Of a DNA stretch of 64,000 bases, positions 9,209-18,869 are shown in pieces (position 1 is the stretch's first letter; each line of letters begins with the position of its first letter). A program made the position numbers and the translations under genes. The stretch comes from Parcubacteria group bacterium Gr01-1014_20 (GTDB lineage: Bacteria > Patescibacteriota > Minisyncoccia > UBA6257 > 2-01-FULL-56-20): contig VMFW01000002.1 in assembly GCA_007376265.1 (NCBI GenBank), forward strand, positions 13,970 through 77,969. Direction: 5' to 3'. The notes under the pieces are model-generated. The model had not been told where the DNA came from. It was given only the letters and a program-made list of their open reading frames with translations, and did no database searches.

Positions 9209-10616
9209 CTAGCCAGTGAGCGTTTTTATGTCATCTCTAAATCGGTTCGCGCGACTAACTACCGCTTCTCCATAAGTCCAAAGATAGCTCCTCCAACGAC
9301 CGCCAGCGTAATACTTTGCCGCGGCGCACCTTTCTCGGCTCGTCTGATTAGAATACAGGTCAGTACAACCCCTCATGGCATCTTTAAGATACAAACCCGT
9401 CGCCACAAAAGCGTCAGCATGACTCCAGGGGTTAGCCGGGGAATTGCCGGTTATTTTCGAAACTGCATCCTTATAAAGTTTCCAGGTGGAAGGAATAAAC
9501 TGCGCCGGACCCATTGCGCCGCCATAGGCGCCATCCTTGTTAGCGCAGGAAACGAGAACCGCCGAAGAATCCTTGCTAATCCCAAGCTCTTTTAGTATTT
9601 CCTCAAATATCGGAATGTCCCTCTTGGGATGCATCGCCGTTGTACAAGATCATCGCGGGATCAATCCCGGTAGACTGCCCGGCCAACTTTGCAAACTTAT
9701 AGGCCTCATCAAAACTTAGTTCTCCTCCGCCAAGAAGTTTGAAAATTCGGCTCCTAATTTCTGCGGCTGTTTTCTTGGTTTCCGTAAGCAAACCTTGATA
9801 CTTACTCTCTTGCCCTTTGGTGATATCGAGCAGACCATTCTTCTGGGTTTTAGTCTTCTCGTTTTCTTGCTTCTGGACCTCCTGGTACTCCCGGAGAGTC
9901 GTCTTGTCGGACTTAGCAAGCGATAGCTTATCCTTTTGGTCCTCTAGCTGATCCCTAAGGTCAGTGACTTTGGAAATAGTTAGCTGCAAATTGTCTTGAA
10001 TGAGAATGATGTTGTTTACATCGTTGAAAAAATCGGACAACTTAGGACTCTTCAAAAAAACCTCCATCAGGCTTGTCTGATCGCTAGCCTGAAGGTTCTT
10101 TATCAAAACCGACAAAGACTCCTTATTTTTTTCAATATCGCCTTCAGTCGTTACAATTTGATACTGGGTCTCTACGATTTTTTTATCCAACTGGCTGATA
10201 GTCAAATTAATCGCCTTTATCTCGAGGCCAATCTTAGAAATTTTATTATTCAAATTACTTATCTCCCCCTTTAATGTTTTACCCTGTTTCTGATAGCTAA
10301 CTATCTGGTCTTCATATTGATCAATCTGGCCCTCAAGTTCTTTAAGCTGAACCTCTAAGGCTTCTCTCTCATTTTCATCCAGAGTATTATTCGCCGCCAA
10401 AGTTGCTGTCGTGGGAGCCACTGCTGAACCCAAAATCAAAAAAGCCATGGCGAAAACCGGCACTATCACTTTCAAGGTGTTGAAAATCGGTATACGCTTG
10501 GCTACATAATACGACAGGTTAATCCTTTTTGGTAAAGGTGAGAAGGAATCACCCCCCCCTACCCTACTCGGTGATTTTATGTCGCGAAGAATCTTTGGTT
10601 TTAACAAATTAGACAT
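9209..10616 (-). pseudogene. Coiled-coil + lytic murein transglycosylase, frameshifted/internally deleted near 9645
   Basis: ORF 9603-10616 (TM + long coiled coil, ending ..GIDPAMIL) and ORF 9209-9634 ([26 protein letters not shown]) are two halves of one SLT protein in different frames; the catalytic E-S segment is absent. Confidence 0.75.
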
Positions 10617-10682
10617 CCAAGCCTTATTATAACAAAAAAAGCCTCCTTAAGAAGGTGGCCAGAAAACGTTAAAACATAAGGA

Positions 10683-11336
10683 CTATTCCTTCTTTTCTTC
10701 AACCGCCTTTTTGGCGTCGCGCTCGGCTTTCTTCTCTTCTCCCTCAACTTTAACCTCTGAAACATCAACCGCAACCGGCGCCTCCACCTCCTCTTTTACT
10801 GGAACAACCGTAGCAATCACCGTTTCTGGTTCAACCAAAATCTTAACCGCCGCAGGGACCTTAAGATCTCTCGCATAGATACTTTTATCCAAACTATCCA
10901 AAACCGACAAAAGAACCTCAATTCTGTGCGGTAAATCACCCGGCAACGCTTCAACCTCGATCTCCGATACCGCCTTGTTTAAGACTCCAAGTTTCTCTCT
11001 AACCGCCGGTGCCTCCCCGATAAATTCAAGCGGCACATTGGCTTTGATTTTCTCAGTCATCGTCACCCGATAAAAATCAATATGGTTCACCTCCCCGGTT
11101 AAGTAATCCCTTTTAACTTCGTGAATTAAAGTGGGCAACTTATCATTCTCTAAAACCAAATTAACAATCGTATTTTCTCCGGCCTCCCTAAAAACCCTCA
11201 AGAATTCCGGCTTAGAAACCGTTAGGTGCTCATTCTTAAATCCGCGCCCGTAAACCTCGGCTGGAACCAAGCCCTGTTTGACAAGTAGCCGGCTGACTTT
11301 CCCTAGTCGATCTCTTTTTGTGACCAATAAATCCAT
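10683..11336 (-). CDS. rplY: 50S ribosomal protein L25 / Ctc
   Basis: VPAEVYG, HIDFY, ALPGDLP, acidic C-terminal tail. Confidence 0.93.
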   Translation of the reverse strand: MDLLVTKRDRLGKVSRLLVKQGLVPAEVYGRGFKNEHLTVSKPEFLRVFREAGENTIVNLVLENDKLPTLIHEVKRDYLTGEVNHIDFYRVTMTEKIKANVPLEFIGEAPAVREKLGVLNKAVSEIEVEALPGDLPHRIEVLLSVLDSLDKSIYARDLKVPAAVKILVEPETVIATVVPVKEEVEAPVAVDVSEVKVEGEEKKAERDAKKAVEEKKE

Positions 11337-11383
11337 ATGAATACGTGGACACTATGCTAGCAAAAAATTCTAGTTATGGCAAA

Positions 11384-12268
11384 TTAGACGAGCGAAGCGT
11401 CAAGCTTATTGAATAATTTGAGTCTCTTCAAAACCACCCCCTTCACCCCCTCAAAAGCCAGGGGGAATATTTTATAAGGCGCTACTTCTTTGGGATTAGA
11501 ACTAAGTCCAGCCTCAAGACCCTTCCGCCAAGCCAACCTTATTTCGGTGTTAATATGCACAACCACAACGCCTGCCTGAATCGCCATCCTGAAATCCTCG
11601 TCAGTATTTCCAGAACCGCCATGCAAAACTAGCGGCAACTTAACCGCGTCCTTGATTGCTCTAATGCGAGCTATATCGAGGTTTGGGTCGGGCATATTCG
11701 CAAACATTCCATGCAAATTTCCAACCGCCGGCGCAAGCATATCCACTCCCGTTTCATAAACAAACTGCTTCGCTTCCTCCGGAGTTGTTAAATCCTCCGG
11801 CTTAATCGCGGCTCCCTCTGGAAGCTCCTCTCTCACCTCTGAAGCCGAACCAATATAGCCAACCTCTCCTTCCACAAGGATTTCCGGATTAACCGATTTA
11901 ACATATTCAACCACCTCTTTCGTCTTTTTAACATTTTCCTCGAACGTTAGTTTGCTCCCGTCAAATAAAATTTCATCATAACCGGCCGCCACGGCTTCTT
12001 TAACTTTTTCAAAACTTTTTGTGTGGTCGGAGTTTAAAAAAATCGGATAATCAAATTCTTCGCGCAAAACGCGAACTAATGCGGCCGCTTGTTTCCTTCC
12101 AACAAAATCCCCTTCCCCTTCTGAGGTCCCGATCATGACTGGCACACTAATCTCTCTTGCCGCTTCGAAAATAGCTTTAAGCGCCACTAAGTCCGAGATA
12201 TTAAAATGTCCCACCGCCACTCTTTTCGCCTCTGCCTCTTTCAAAACAACCCTTAAGTTTTTTGCCAT
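11384..12268 (-). CDS. fba: Class II fructose/ketose-bisphosphate aldolase
   Basis: AVGHFN, SDH, FDGS, EGEVG, AVGNLHG, LVLHGGSG, INT. Confidence 0.92.
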   Translation of the reverse strand: MAKNLRVVLKEAEAKRVAVGHFNISDLVALKAIFEAAREISVPVMIGTSEGEGDFVGRKQAAALVRVLREEFDYPIFLNSDHTKSFEKVKEAVAAGYDEILFDGSKLTFEENVKKTKEVVEYVKSVNPEILVEGEVGYIGSASEVREELPEGAAIKPEDLTTPEEAKQFVYETGVDMLAPAVGNLHGMFANMPDPNLDIARIRAIKDAVKLPLVLHGGSGNTDEDFRMAIQAGVVVVHINTEIRLAWRKGLEAGLSSNPKEVAPYKIFPLAFEGVKGVVLKRLKLFNKLDASLV

Positions 12269-12278
12269 CTTTTTAAAG

Positions 12279-13532
12279 TTAAACCTCAAAATATCCCTGC
12301 AACAAATATTCCACCGCCCGCTTCTCCATGTCTTCCCGACCGAAATAAACTGAAAAGATCTGGTTCCACATGGCTTCCTGGTGATGATACAAGTATTTTA
12401 CCATTTCTCGCTGTTTCACTAAGGACATGACCGTATCCACCAAATTGAAACTAACCAAAATATTGTGACCCATCTCGTCCCTAAAATAATCCCCCACCCA
12501 GCCCAACTCACGCCAAAACTCCAAGTCCTTCCCAAGCCCATCCAGGGTCAAACCAACCTTAGATAAGCTATCTTCGGCCTTCAGCCAATGAAGTGCCTCG
12601 GGATTAATGTGGGGCACAAACAGCCTCCAGTCGTTTTCATCATCTTTAGCTAAATACCTCTGAACCACTAACCAGAGCGACCGATCACTGTCTGGAAAGT
12701 GCCGCTCCGTTACATCCCCCCGGAGAAGCGAAGTAAAGTTAGCCGTGAAGGTAATCCTCTCTTCCATTATGTGCTTAAAAATCCGCGAATAAAAAGGCAC
12801 CTCATATAAATAATGCATAACTAGCACAAACATCCGAAGCAACTCACCAGAAATGCCGAGTAGGGCCGGAATAATAAAAACCACGCCCAACTCCTTAAGG
12901 TGGCTAATATTGTGCTTCTTCTTTGAAACAAACTTTTCCGACTCCGCTCCCCACTTCTCACCAAGGGCCTTAACCTGGACTTCCCGCTCCTCAAAATCTT
13001 CGGGTGTCAAAGTTTCATACTGTTTGAAGAAAACTCCGTTCAGCCATTCACTCCCTTCAATAAATCTAAGCGCGCTATAAACCTCAAGCAAATCTTCTTT
13101 TTCGAGCATCTTATCCACCGAATCGTAACCTAAAAACTCCATTACCTTCTTGGGTGGTTCCTTCAACAAAAACTCCCTCGCCTTATCAAGTTTCAAAAAA
13201 AATCCTTTGGGGGGATTAATAATTCTTCTAGCCACATCCCCTATTCTCTGGCAATCGCCCACTAATTTAAAATTAGGGCTGCCAAACGCCTGAAATATTT
13301 GCCGATCATCCGACTCGATTTTTGAAATCAAAGCATCATAAATCTCCTTCGCATCCGCGCTCGACGAAACCCCTAAACGCAAAAGCCGATCCTTCATGAG
13401 CTCCTCGTTCTCCTGAACAATTGCCTCCATCATGGAACTCTTGCCGGTTACCGCCGCAAATCTCTTCTCAATATCCAAAATATAATCCTTATCCGTCCTT
13501 AAAATCTTGGCTATTTTTTCGTAAGCGTTCAT
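12279..13532 (-). CDS. Conserved hypothetical protein in the sugar-phosphate operon
   Basis: 417 aa, tightly spaced between pfkB-like and fba; HNISHLKELG, PHINPEALHW, YHHQEA. Confidence 0.8.
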   Translation of the reverse strand: MNAYEKIAKILRTDKDYILDIEKRFAAVTGKSSMMEAIVQENEELMKDRLLRLGVSSSADAKEIYDALISKIESDDRQIFQAFGSPNFKLVGDCQRIGDVARRIINPPKGFFLKLDKAREFLLKEPPKKVMEFLGYDSVDKMLEKEDLLEVYSALRFIEGSEWLNGVFFKQYETLTPEDFEEREVQVKALGEKWGAESEKFVSKKKHNISHLKELGVVFIIPALLGISGELLRMFVLVMHYLYEVPFYSRIFKHIMEERITFTANFTSLLRGDVTERHFPDSDRSLWLVVQRYLAKDDENDWRLFVPHINPEALHWLKAEDSLSKVGLTLDGLGKDLEFWRELGWVGDYFRDEMGHNILVSFNLVDTVMSLVKQREMVKYLYHHQEAMWNQIFSVYFGREDMEKRAVEYLLQGYFEV

Positions 13533-13538
13533 AAAAAA

Positions 13539-14606
13539 TTAAATCTTGAAAGTTTTAACTGATAAGTTTTTCCACCTCGCTTGAGTTTCAAACTGACGCC
13601 GAGTTAGAATCCCCGATTGTGCCCCGACCTCTTCAACATTCGAAGTCGCATTAGCGCTTCCCAACCGAATCGCATACTCTATATCCTCTTCTTTAAAAAT
13701 TTTATTTCTCCCGTCTCTTGATGCTTGATGCTTGATGCTTGATGCTTGCCGGAGTAATCCGGCTGTAAATCCCGAACCAAAGGAATCTCCCGCGCCAGTT
13801 CGGTCAGCTACTCGTTTTTCTCTGTAAATTCCTGCCTTATAAATCCGTCTGCCATCCGAAACCGCGACTCCTTTCGGGCCATCGGTCATCACCGCCAACC
13901 CCCCCACCATCTCATCAAATTTTTTAAAAATCCCTTTTTCATCCTCATATTTCTTCCCTGTCAAAGCCGCCCCTTCGTCTCGATTCAAAATAATAATATC
14001 TGTGAAGTCAAAAAGAGGTCGGAGCTTTTTAGCGCCCAAATCAATGTAGTGACGTGACGGATTCATGGCCACCATCACACCCCTCTTTTTTAACTTTTTT
14101 AAAATACTCACAATCACCGAAACGCCTATTCGGCCGGGCACAACGTACGCTGCGTCCACATTGAAATCTCTTCTAGGAACCTCTGTGATTCGTAAATCCT
14201 GAGAGGCTCCATGATAGCTTAGAATGGTCCTTTCTCCTTCAGCAGAAAGAAATATCACCGAATAAGCCGTGCCTCTCACCTTGTCAAAAATTACTACCGG
14301 TCCAACTTTTTCTTTCTTTAAAGCTGTCATGATTTCCTCCCCATTGGGGTCGTTTCCAATCTTAATTAAAGCCTCGGTTTTGAACCCCTGTCTCGCAAAA
14401 GTAATCGCCGCATTGGCCGCTCCCCCACCCAGGGCAAAAATCGGCTCTTGAATCTCAATTTTCCCTCCCAATCCCAAAGCAAAGCATTGGGCCTCACCTG
14501 TCGGAAAACCGGCTTTTTTTAAGTGGCCTGGGTCGTGCACCACCTTAAAAAAATCGCCCCGAAGGACCACATCCCTCGTTGCCGTTCCAATCGTAAGAAC
14601 TCTCAT
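13539..14606 (-). CDS. PfkB/ribokinase family carbohydrate kinase
   Basis: GGGAANAA, N..E, DRTGAGDSFGSGF. Confidence 0.92.
   Translation of the reverse strand: MRVLTIGTATRDVVLRGDFFKVVHDPGHLKKAGFPTGEAQCFALGLGGKIEIQEPIFALGGGAANAAITFARQGFKTEALIKIGNDPNGEEIMTALKKEKVGPVVIFDKVRGTAYSVIFLSAEGERTILSYHGASQDLRITEVPRRDFNVDAAYVVPGRIGVSVIVSILKKLKKRGVMVAMNPSRHYIDLGAKKLRPLFDFTDIIILNRDEGAALTGKKYEDEKGIFKKFDEMVGGLAVMTDGPKGVAVSDGRRIYKAGIYREKRVADRTGAGDSFGSGFTAGLLRQASSIKHQASRDGRNKIFKEEDIEYAIRLGSANATSNVEEVGAQSGILTRRQFETQARWKNLSVKTFKI
13717..13748. repeat. (CTTGATG)x4.5 tandem repeat, in frame within the pfkB-like gene
   Basis: Perfect heptamer repeat encoding QASSIKHQAS just after the GAGD helix. Confidence 0.9.
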
Positions 14607-14678
14607 TGGCCATAATTATAGCAGTTTTCAAATAAAAACCCGAGCGCTTAAGCTCGGGTCGACGGTTAGTCGATAAAG

Positions 14679-15758
14679 TCATTCCTGGTCAGAATCCTCA
14701 ATGTCTTTCCGGAGTCGTTTAAACTTGACTTCGATTCTCCGGAGTCTCGTTAGTTCCGCTTCGGTTTCAGTATCAACCGTAGGTCTTTCTAAAAACCGAT
14801 CAAGAACCCCGGCTAATCGTTCAATAGCCGGACCCATCAGATCCATAGCGGCCTTTACTTCCGATATAGAGGAACGAACCTCGTCAGAAAACGTATCCGT
14901 ATCTGGAGTTTCGGTTGACAAATCCTGGTGAACCGGGGGATCTCCACTCGCAACGCTCCGAACAATCTTCGCTCCTTCAGTTGAAACACGTCTCGTTTTT
15001 AAGTATCCGTCTGGATCTTTCCTCCATGCGTAGTAAAGAACCTGCAGATACTGTGGCGTGGTTTCTATGTCCTCCACTACCGCCAGAGCGCAGACACGGT
15101 GGGCTTCATCCCCGGCCGTGCCATTACCTATTCGAAAGTGCTTGTAAGCAAAAGCTTTGATCGATCCGCGTTTCTGCTTGACCACAACTTTGGTTTCCGC
15201 CGGTTTTAACACTGGAGCATCACCACCTCTCTCTTCTTCAAGCTCATCGTGAGCCACCAATTCTTCTTCCGAAATCGTTTCTCGATCTGGAACAGTGGAA
15301 TTTCCTTCATGAGCAACAACCACATAATCAGATACCACGCTTTTTGAAACTTGAGGGGGAAAAATCAACGAAAAATCCCTAGTCTCGACGGCTTTGAGTT
15401 TGGCTAGTGCGGCAAGGGCCGCCTCTCGAGATGGCAGGATAGAGGCGACTAACCTTCTGGCCTCACCGGTTTGCATTGCGTGCGACAGAAACCACACCCC
15501 CCCGCTCTTCGCGTAATCCTTCACCTTGAGGTACCACGCCGTAGAAAGAAATTTCAAGAAGATAACTACGACCACACCCTTGGGGATATTTGGTTTTTTT
15601 CTGGCTGAAGGATCGTGAGAATCCCAAAATACCATTTGGGGGTGATTTCGAATATCATTTGGAAAATTACCGTCCTTGGAACCGACTACGAGTATCTTAG
15701 ATCTCGGATCGTCACGCAGTTTCTCGATGACCGCTTTGCTCGGCTGCAACAATTCCAC
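14679..15758 (-). CDS. Hypothetical protein with C-terminal coiled coil
   Basis: Probable GTG start at 15758 after a GGGGAGG SD; CCCGAGC/GCTCGGG terminator at ~14638-14659. Confidence 0.7.
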   Translation of the reverse strand: MELLQPSKAVIEKLRDDPRSKILVVGSKDGNFPNDIRNHPQMVFWDSHDPSARKKPNIPKGVVVVIFLKFLSTAWYLKVKDYAKSGGVWFLSHAMQTGEARRLVASILPSREAALAALAKLKAVETRDFSLIFPPQVSKSVVSDYVVVAHEGNSTVPDRETISEEELVAHDELEEERGGDAPVLKPAETKVVVKQKRGSIKAFAYKHFRIGNGTAGDEAHRVCALAVVEDIETTPQYLQVLYYAWRKDPDGYLKTRRVSTEGAKIVRSVASGDPPVHQDLSTETPDTDTFSDEVRSSISEVKAAMDLMGPAIERLAGVLDRFLERPTVDTETEAELTRLRRIEVKFKRLRKDIEDSDQE

Positions 15759-15838
15759 TAGAAAACACCTCCCCTCTTCGGAAAATGACAAATATCTCCC
15801 ATTCTTCTAACACAAAGAAAACCTTACGTCAAACAACT

Positions 15839-16855
15839 TTATTCAGGCAAGTAGGGCTGAAAATCACTGTTTATTTTAAATTTAACCGGTTTAACGTTAG
15901 TTATTTTCTTGTCAGTAACTTTAAGTTCGACTGACATTCCCCCCATTGTCTCCTCCGAAAAACCCTGATCAAAAACGAAATTCCCGAGGCTATAAAATAT
16001 CCAGGAACCTTCATATTCCTCAACTTCCTGTGGCACGTGTGGATGGTGACCAACAACCACGTCGGCTCCAGCGTCAACTAGTGATCGGGCTGTTTTTTTC
16101 TGCCAGTCGCTCGCATTGGTTTTATACTCCTCCCCCCAATGCAAAGAAACTACCACTAAGTCCGCCCGGCTTTTTACCTCCTCTACTCTCTCTCGAATTT
16201 TTTCCAAATCAAAATCACTCACCCCAGAAGAATCTGCCTCAGCCGCTAGACCATTAGGGTAAAGATTGGTGTAGGCCAAAAACGCGACGCGCAAATTCTT
16301 AACATCATAAAAATAAGCTTGATTCGCCTCTTCGTAATTTCGTCCCGCGCCAACCGTTCCAATTCCCACTCCAGCTAAATTAGAAAGGGTGTCTGAAATC
16401 GCTTCTGCGCCCCAATCCCAAATGTGATTATTAGCAAGAGATAATACTCCAAAACCCGCATCTTTGAGCGCAAGAGCTACCTCCGGCTTGAACCGGAACG
16501 AGTAAATACTTCCTTGATTTTTTCCTCGATCGGAGATTGGCCCTTCAAGATTGCCGAAAACCAAATCCGCCTGCCTCAAGTAGTCTTTAACCTTTAAGAA
16601 TGGAAGATGAAAGTCCGAGCTGTTTTTTGAAATCTTCCACTCTACTCCTCGTCCCAGCATAATGTCGCCTACAAAAATTAATGTGGTTTCTATTTTTTCC
16701 GACTTTTTGTTTACGGCAACTGACTGCAAATCTGCTATTCCGCCGGAAAAGCCTTCTGGCTTATCCGAAACAAGTCTAATCTCCTTGATCAGAAAACCCG
16801 AATAAAAAGCCGCAAACCCAACCAAAACAAAAAACCAGTAATAACCTGATTTCAT
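15839..16855 (-). CDS. CapA / PGA_cap family metallophosphatase
   Basis: TM anchor; VGDIMLGR, GNLEGP, LANNH..D.G, HWG.EY, GHHPH, YSLGNFVF. Confidence 0.92.
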   Translation of the reverse strand: MKSGYYWFFVLVGFAAFYSGFLIKEIRLVSDKPEGFSGGIADLQSVAVNKKSEKIETTLIFVGDIMLGRGVEWKISKNSSDFHLPFLKVKDYLRQADLVFGNLEGPISDRGKNQGSIYSFRFKPEVALALKDAGFGVLSLANNHIWDWGAEAISDTLSNLAGVGIGTVGAGRNYEEANQAYFYDVKNLRVAFLAYTNLYPNGLAAEADSSGVSDFDLEKIRERVEEVKSRADLVVVSLHWGEEYKTNASDWQKKTARSLVDAGADVVVGHHPHVPQEVEEYEGSWIFYSLGNFVFDQGFSEETMGGMSVELKVTDKKITNVKPVKFKINSDFQPYLPE

Positions 16856-16892
16856 CTCTATCGAATTCTAGTTCAAGAAAAGCAAAAACCAA

Positions 16893-16928
16893 AACCCCAT
16901 TCTTTGGTTTCGACCAAAGAATGGGGTT
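16893..16928 (-). terminator. Intrinsic terminator
   Basis: Perfect 16-bp stem AACCCCATTCTTTGGT-ttcg-ACCAAAGAATGGGGTT with a U-rich tail on the minus strand. Confidence 0.85.
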
Positions 16929-16948
16929 AGGAAAACCAACTGCAAAAC

Positions 16949-18775
16949 CTATCTAAGGACCTGCAAGAGTTGCTGTAACTGTTGACTAATCTGGCTTAGC
17001 TGGGTCGAAAAAGATTGGATCACTGACGCCGACGGAGTCGCGCCGGTATTAACCCCACCGCCAGAAGAACCCGCTTCACAGGTCGGCGCCGGACCGCCTC
17101 GAAGTGCGTAATCGTCAATCAGGGTCTTGTCTAAAATGTCCACCTTGCCATCGCCATTCACGTCGGCATTCACCCCAGTCGGAATTTGAGTGCTCTGGAG
17201 GGTATAAAGCTGGATCAAAGTGACATCAACAACGTTTACAACCCCATCACCATTTAAGTCTCCGCAAACCCCAGAAACAGACACTGGCGCAATTTTGGTG
17301 ATGAAATCTTCCGCAGCGTAACCTTTATAGCGATTATCCCAATGGATACTCGCCGACCAAGAATCACCACTTAAACTCGATAGGCCGGCCACCGTGCCTT
17401 TTGTTCCAACCGCAATAGTTGTAGAAATATCGCCATCGGGAGTTTTCCTAAGTGGGAACGCTTCTTTCGCCTGCACCCTATCTCCAACCGCTAAACCCAA
17501 GCTGGTCTTAGTTAATAGTTTATTGTCGCAAGTCGGCGCCGGCCCTCCGCGATTCAAGTAGTTAACGAGAGTGGTTACATCCAAAATATCCGGCCTCCCG
17601 TCGCCATTTAAGTCCACCTTAAGCCCGGTCGGGATCGGCACTCCACCAAACACATAGTCGGTTATATCGGTAGTGCTGGAAGGATTATCGAGATCGTTCT
17701 GATCAATCACTCCATTGCCATCTATGTCGCCGCAATCACCCGCCGAAACCTTCGGCAAGACCGTCTCGTCCTTAGAAGTTTTCGTGAGCCAATCTTCCGC
17801 CGACCACCCATCTTCACCTGTATCGTAGTTCACTGCCCACCACCAACGACCCAAGATTGACCAAACCGGCCCACCAGTGATTGTTCCCCTAGCGTTAGGA
17901 AGTTGTATCCCAATATGTACTCCGCTCGGACCAGTTCTGACGTTTAAATTATCGGTGGTTATAACTGAGTCTCCCACTTTGAACTTTACGCTCGGTTGGC
18001 TAAGCACTGCATTCGCGTCAATCACATCCACCGTCAAAAACCTCGAAGCCGTAAACCCGCTGATGTCCGTAACTTTTGCTTCTATCTTATACGTTCCGCC
18101 ATTTTTATAAACGTGAGTAGCCGCGATATCACCACCGCTTAAAAGGTTGTAAGTATTTGAAGTGCCGTCACCCCAGCTTACTAAATAAACCAGAGTCCCC
18201 CCTTCTGGGTCATGGCCTTTCACCCTCCACCAATTGCTGTGCCCGGCACCTACGCTCGTTGGGCTTACAAAAGAGTCCACCGCAAAATATGGTGACTTGC
18301 TAAACTCGGCTGACAATCCCGAACCCGCTGTATCTTTTTTGTCCATCCAATCTTCTACTGACCAACCTGAATTGCCCTTGCTCCACTTAACCTGCCACCA
18401 CCAGTATGCGCCTTGTTGCACAGAGCCACCAATAATCACCCCATCATAACCAGGATTCGCCACCGAAGTTGCCGGACCCCCTGGATTCTCTCGAATATTT
18501 AAATAATCCACCGCTTGTACGCTCTCTCCGACGATAAATTTTTGACCGGGTGTAACCGTCACTGTCGGACCAATCGATACCGCAGGTGGTACATAAACAG
18601 ATCCGGCACCTTCCGCCGCTGAAAGCTGCGCTTGAAGCTGTCGAATCTGCTCCAAAAGCAACTGAATTTGTGCCCGAAGATCTTGGGCCGTAAGCTCACT
18701 CGTTTGAGCTAAACCTCGACCAGGCACAGAAACCAAAAACAAAAACACTAAACCCAAAACAATGAGTTTCTTCAT
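16949..18775 (-). CDS. Secreted protein: 3 SH3b-like, PKD and 2 dockerin-like domains
   Basis: Signal peptide; LNIR..GWS..W repeats; SWGDG; CGDIDGNG..DLNGDGRPDILD and CGDLNGDG..DVNGDGKVDILD EF-loop pairs. Confidence 0.85.
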   Translation of the reverse strand: MKKLIVLGLVFLFLVSVPGRGLAQTSELTAQDLRAQIQLLLEQIRQLQAQLSAAEGAGSVYVPPAVSIGPTVTVTPGQKFIVGESVQAVDYLNIRENPGGPATSVANPGYDGVIIGGSVQQGAYWWWQVKWSKGNSGWSVEDWMDKKDTAGSGLSAEFSKSPYFAVDSFVSPTSVGAGHSNWWRVKGHDPEGGTLVYLVSWGDGTSNTYNLLSGGDIAATHVYKNGGTYKIEAKVTDISGFTASRFLTVDVIDANAVLSQPSVKFKVGDSVITTDNLNVRTGPSGVHIGIQLPNARGTITGGPVWSILGRWWWAVNYDTGEDGWSAEDWLTKTSKDETVLPKVSAGDCGDIDGNGVIDQNDLDNPSSTTDITDYVFGGVPIPTGLKVDLNGDGRPDILDVTTLVNYLNRGGPAPTCDNKLLTKTSLGLAVGDRVQAKEAFPLRKTPDGDISTTIAVGTKGTVAGLSSLSGDSWSASIHWDNRYKGYAAEDFITKIAPVSVSGVCGDLNGDGVVNVVDVTLIQLYTLQSTQIPTGVNADVNGDGKVDILDKTLIDDYALRGGPAPTCEAGSSGGGVNTGATPSASVIQSFSTQLSQISQQLQQLLQVLR

Positions 18776-18869
18776 TTTTAAAATATTTAAAATATTTTTT
18801 AGTAAAACCCGACTACCAATATTGTATCAAAAAACCACCTCCGAAACCAAGGGGCAAAAAACCACCAAA

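Noticed and set aside
8966..9595. 209-aa plus-strand ORF
   Set aside because: Runs through structured element B and antisense to the SLT half; no recognisable motifs.
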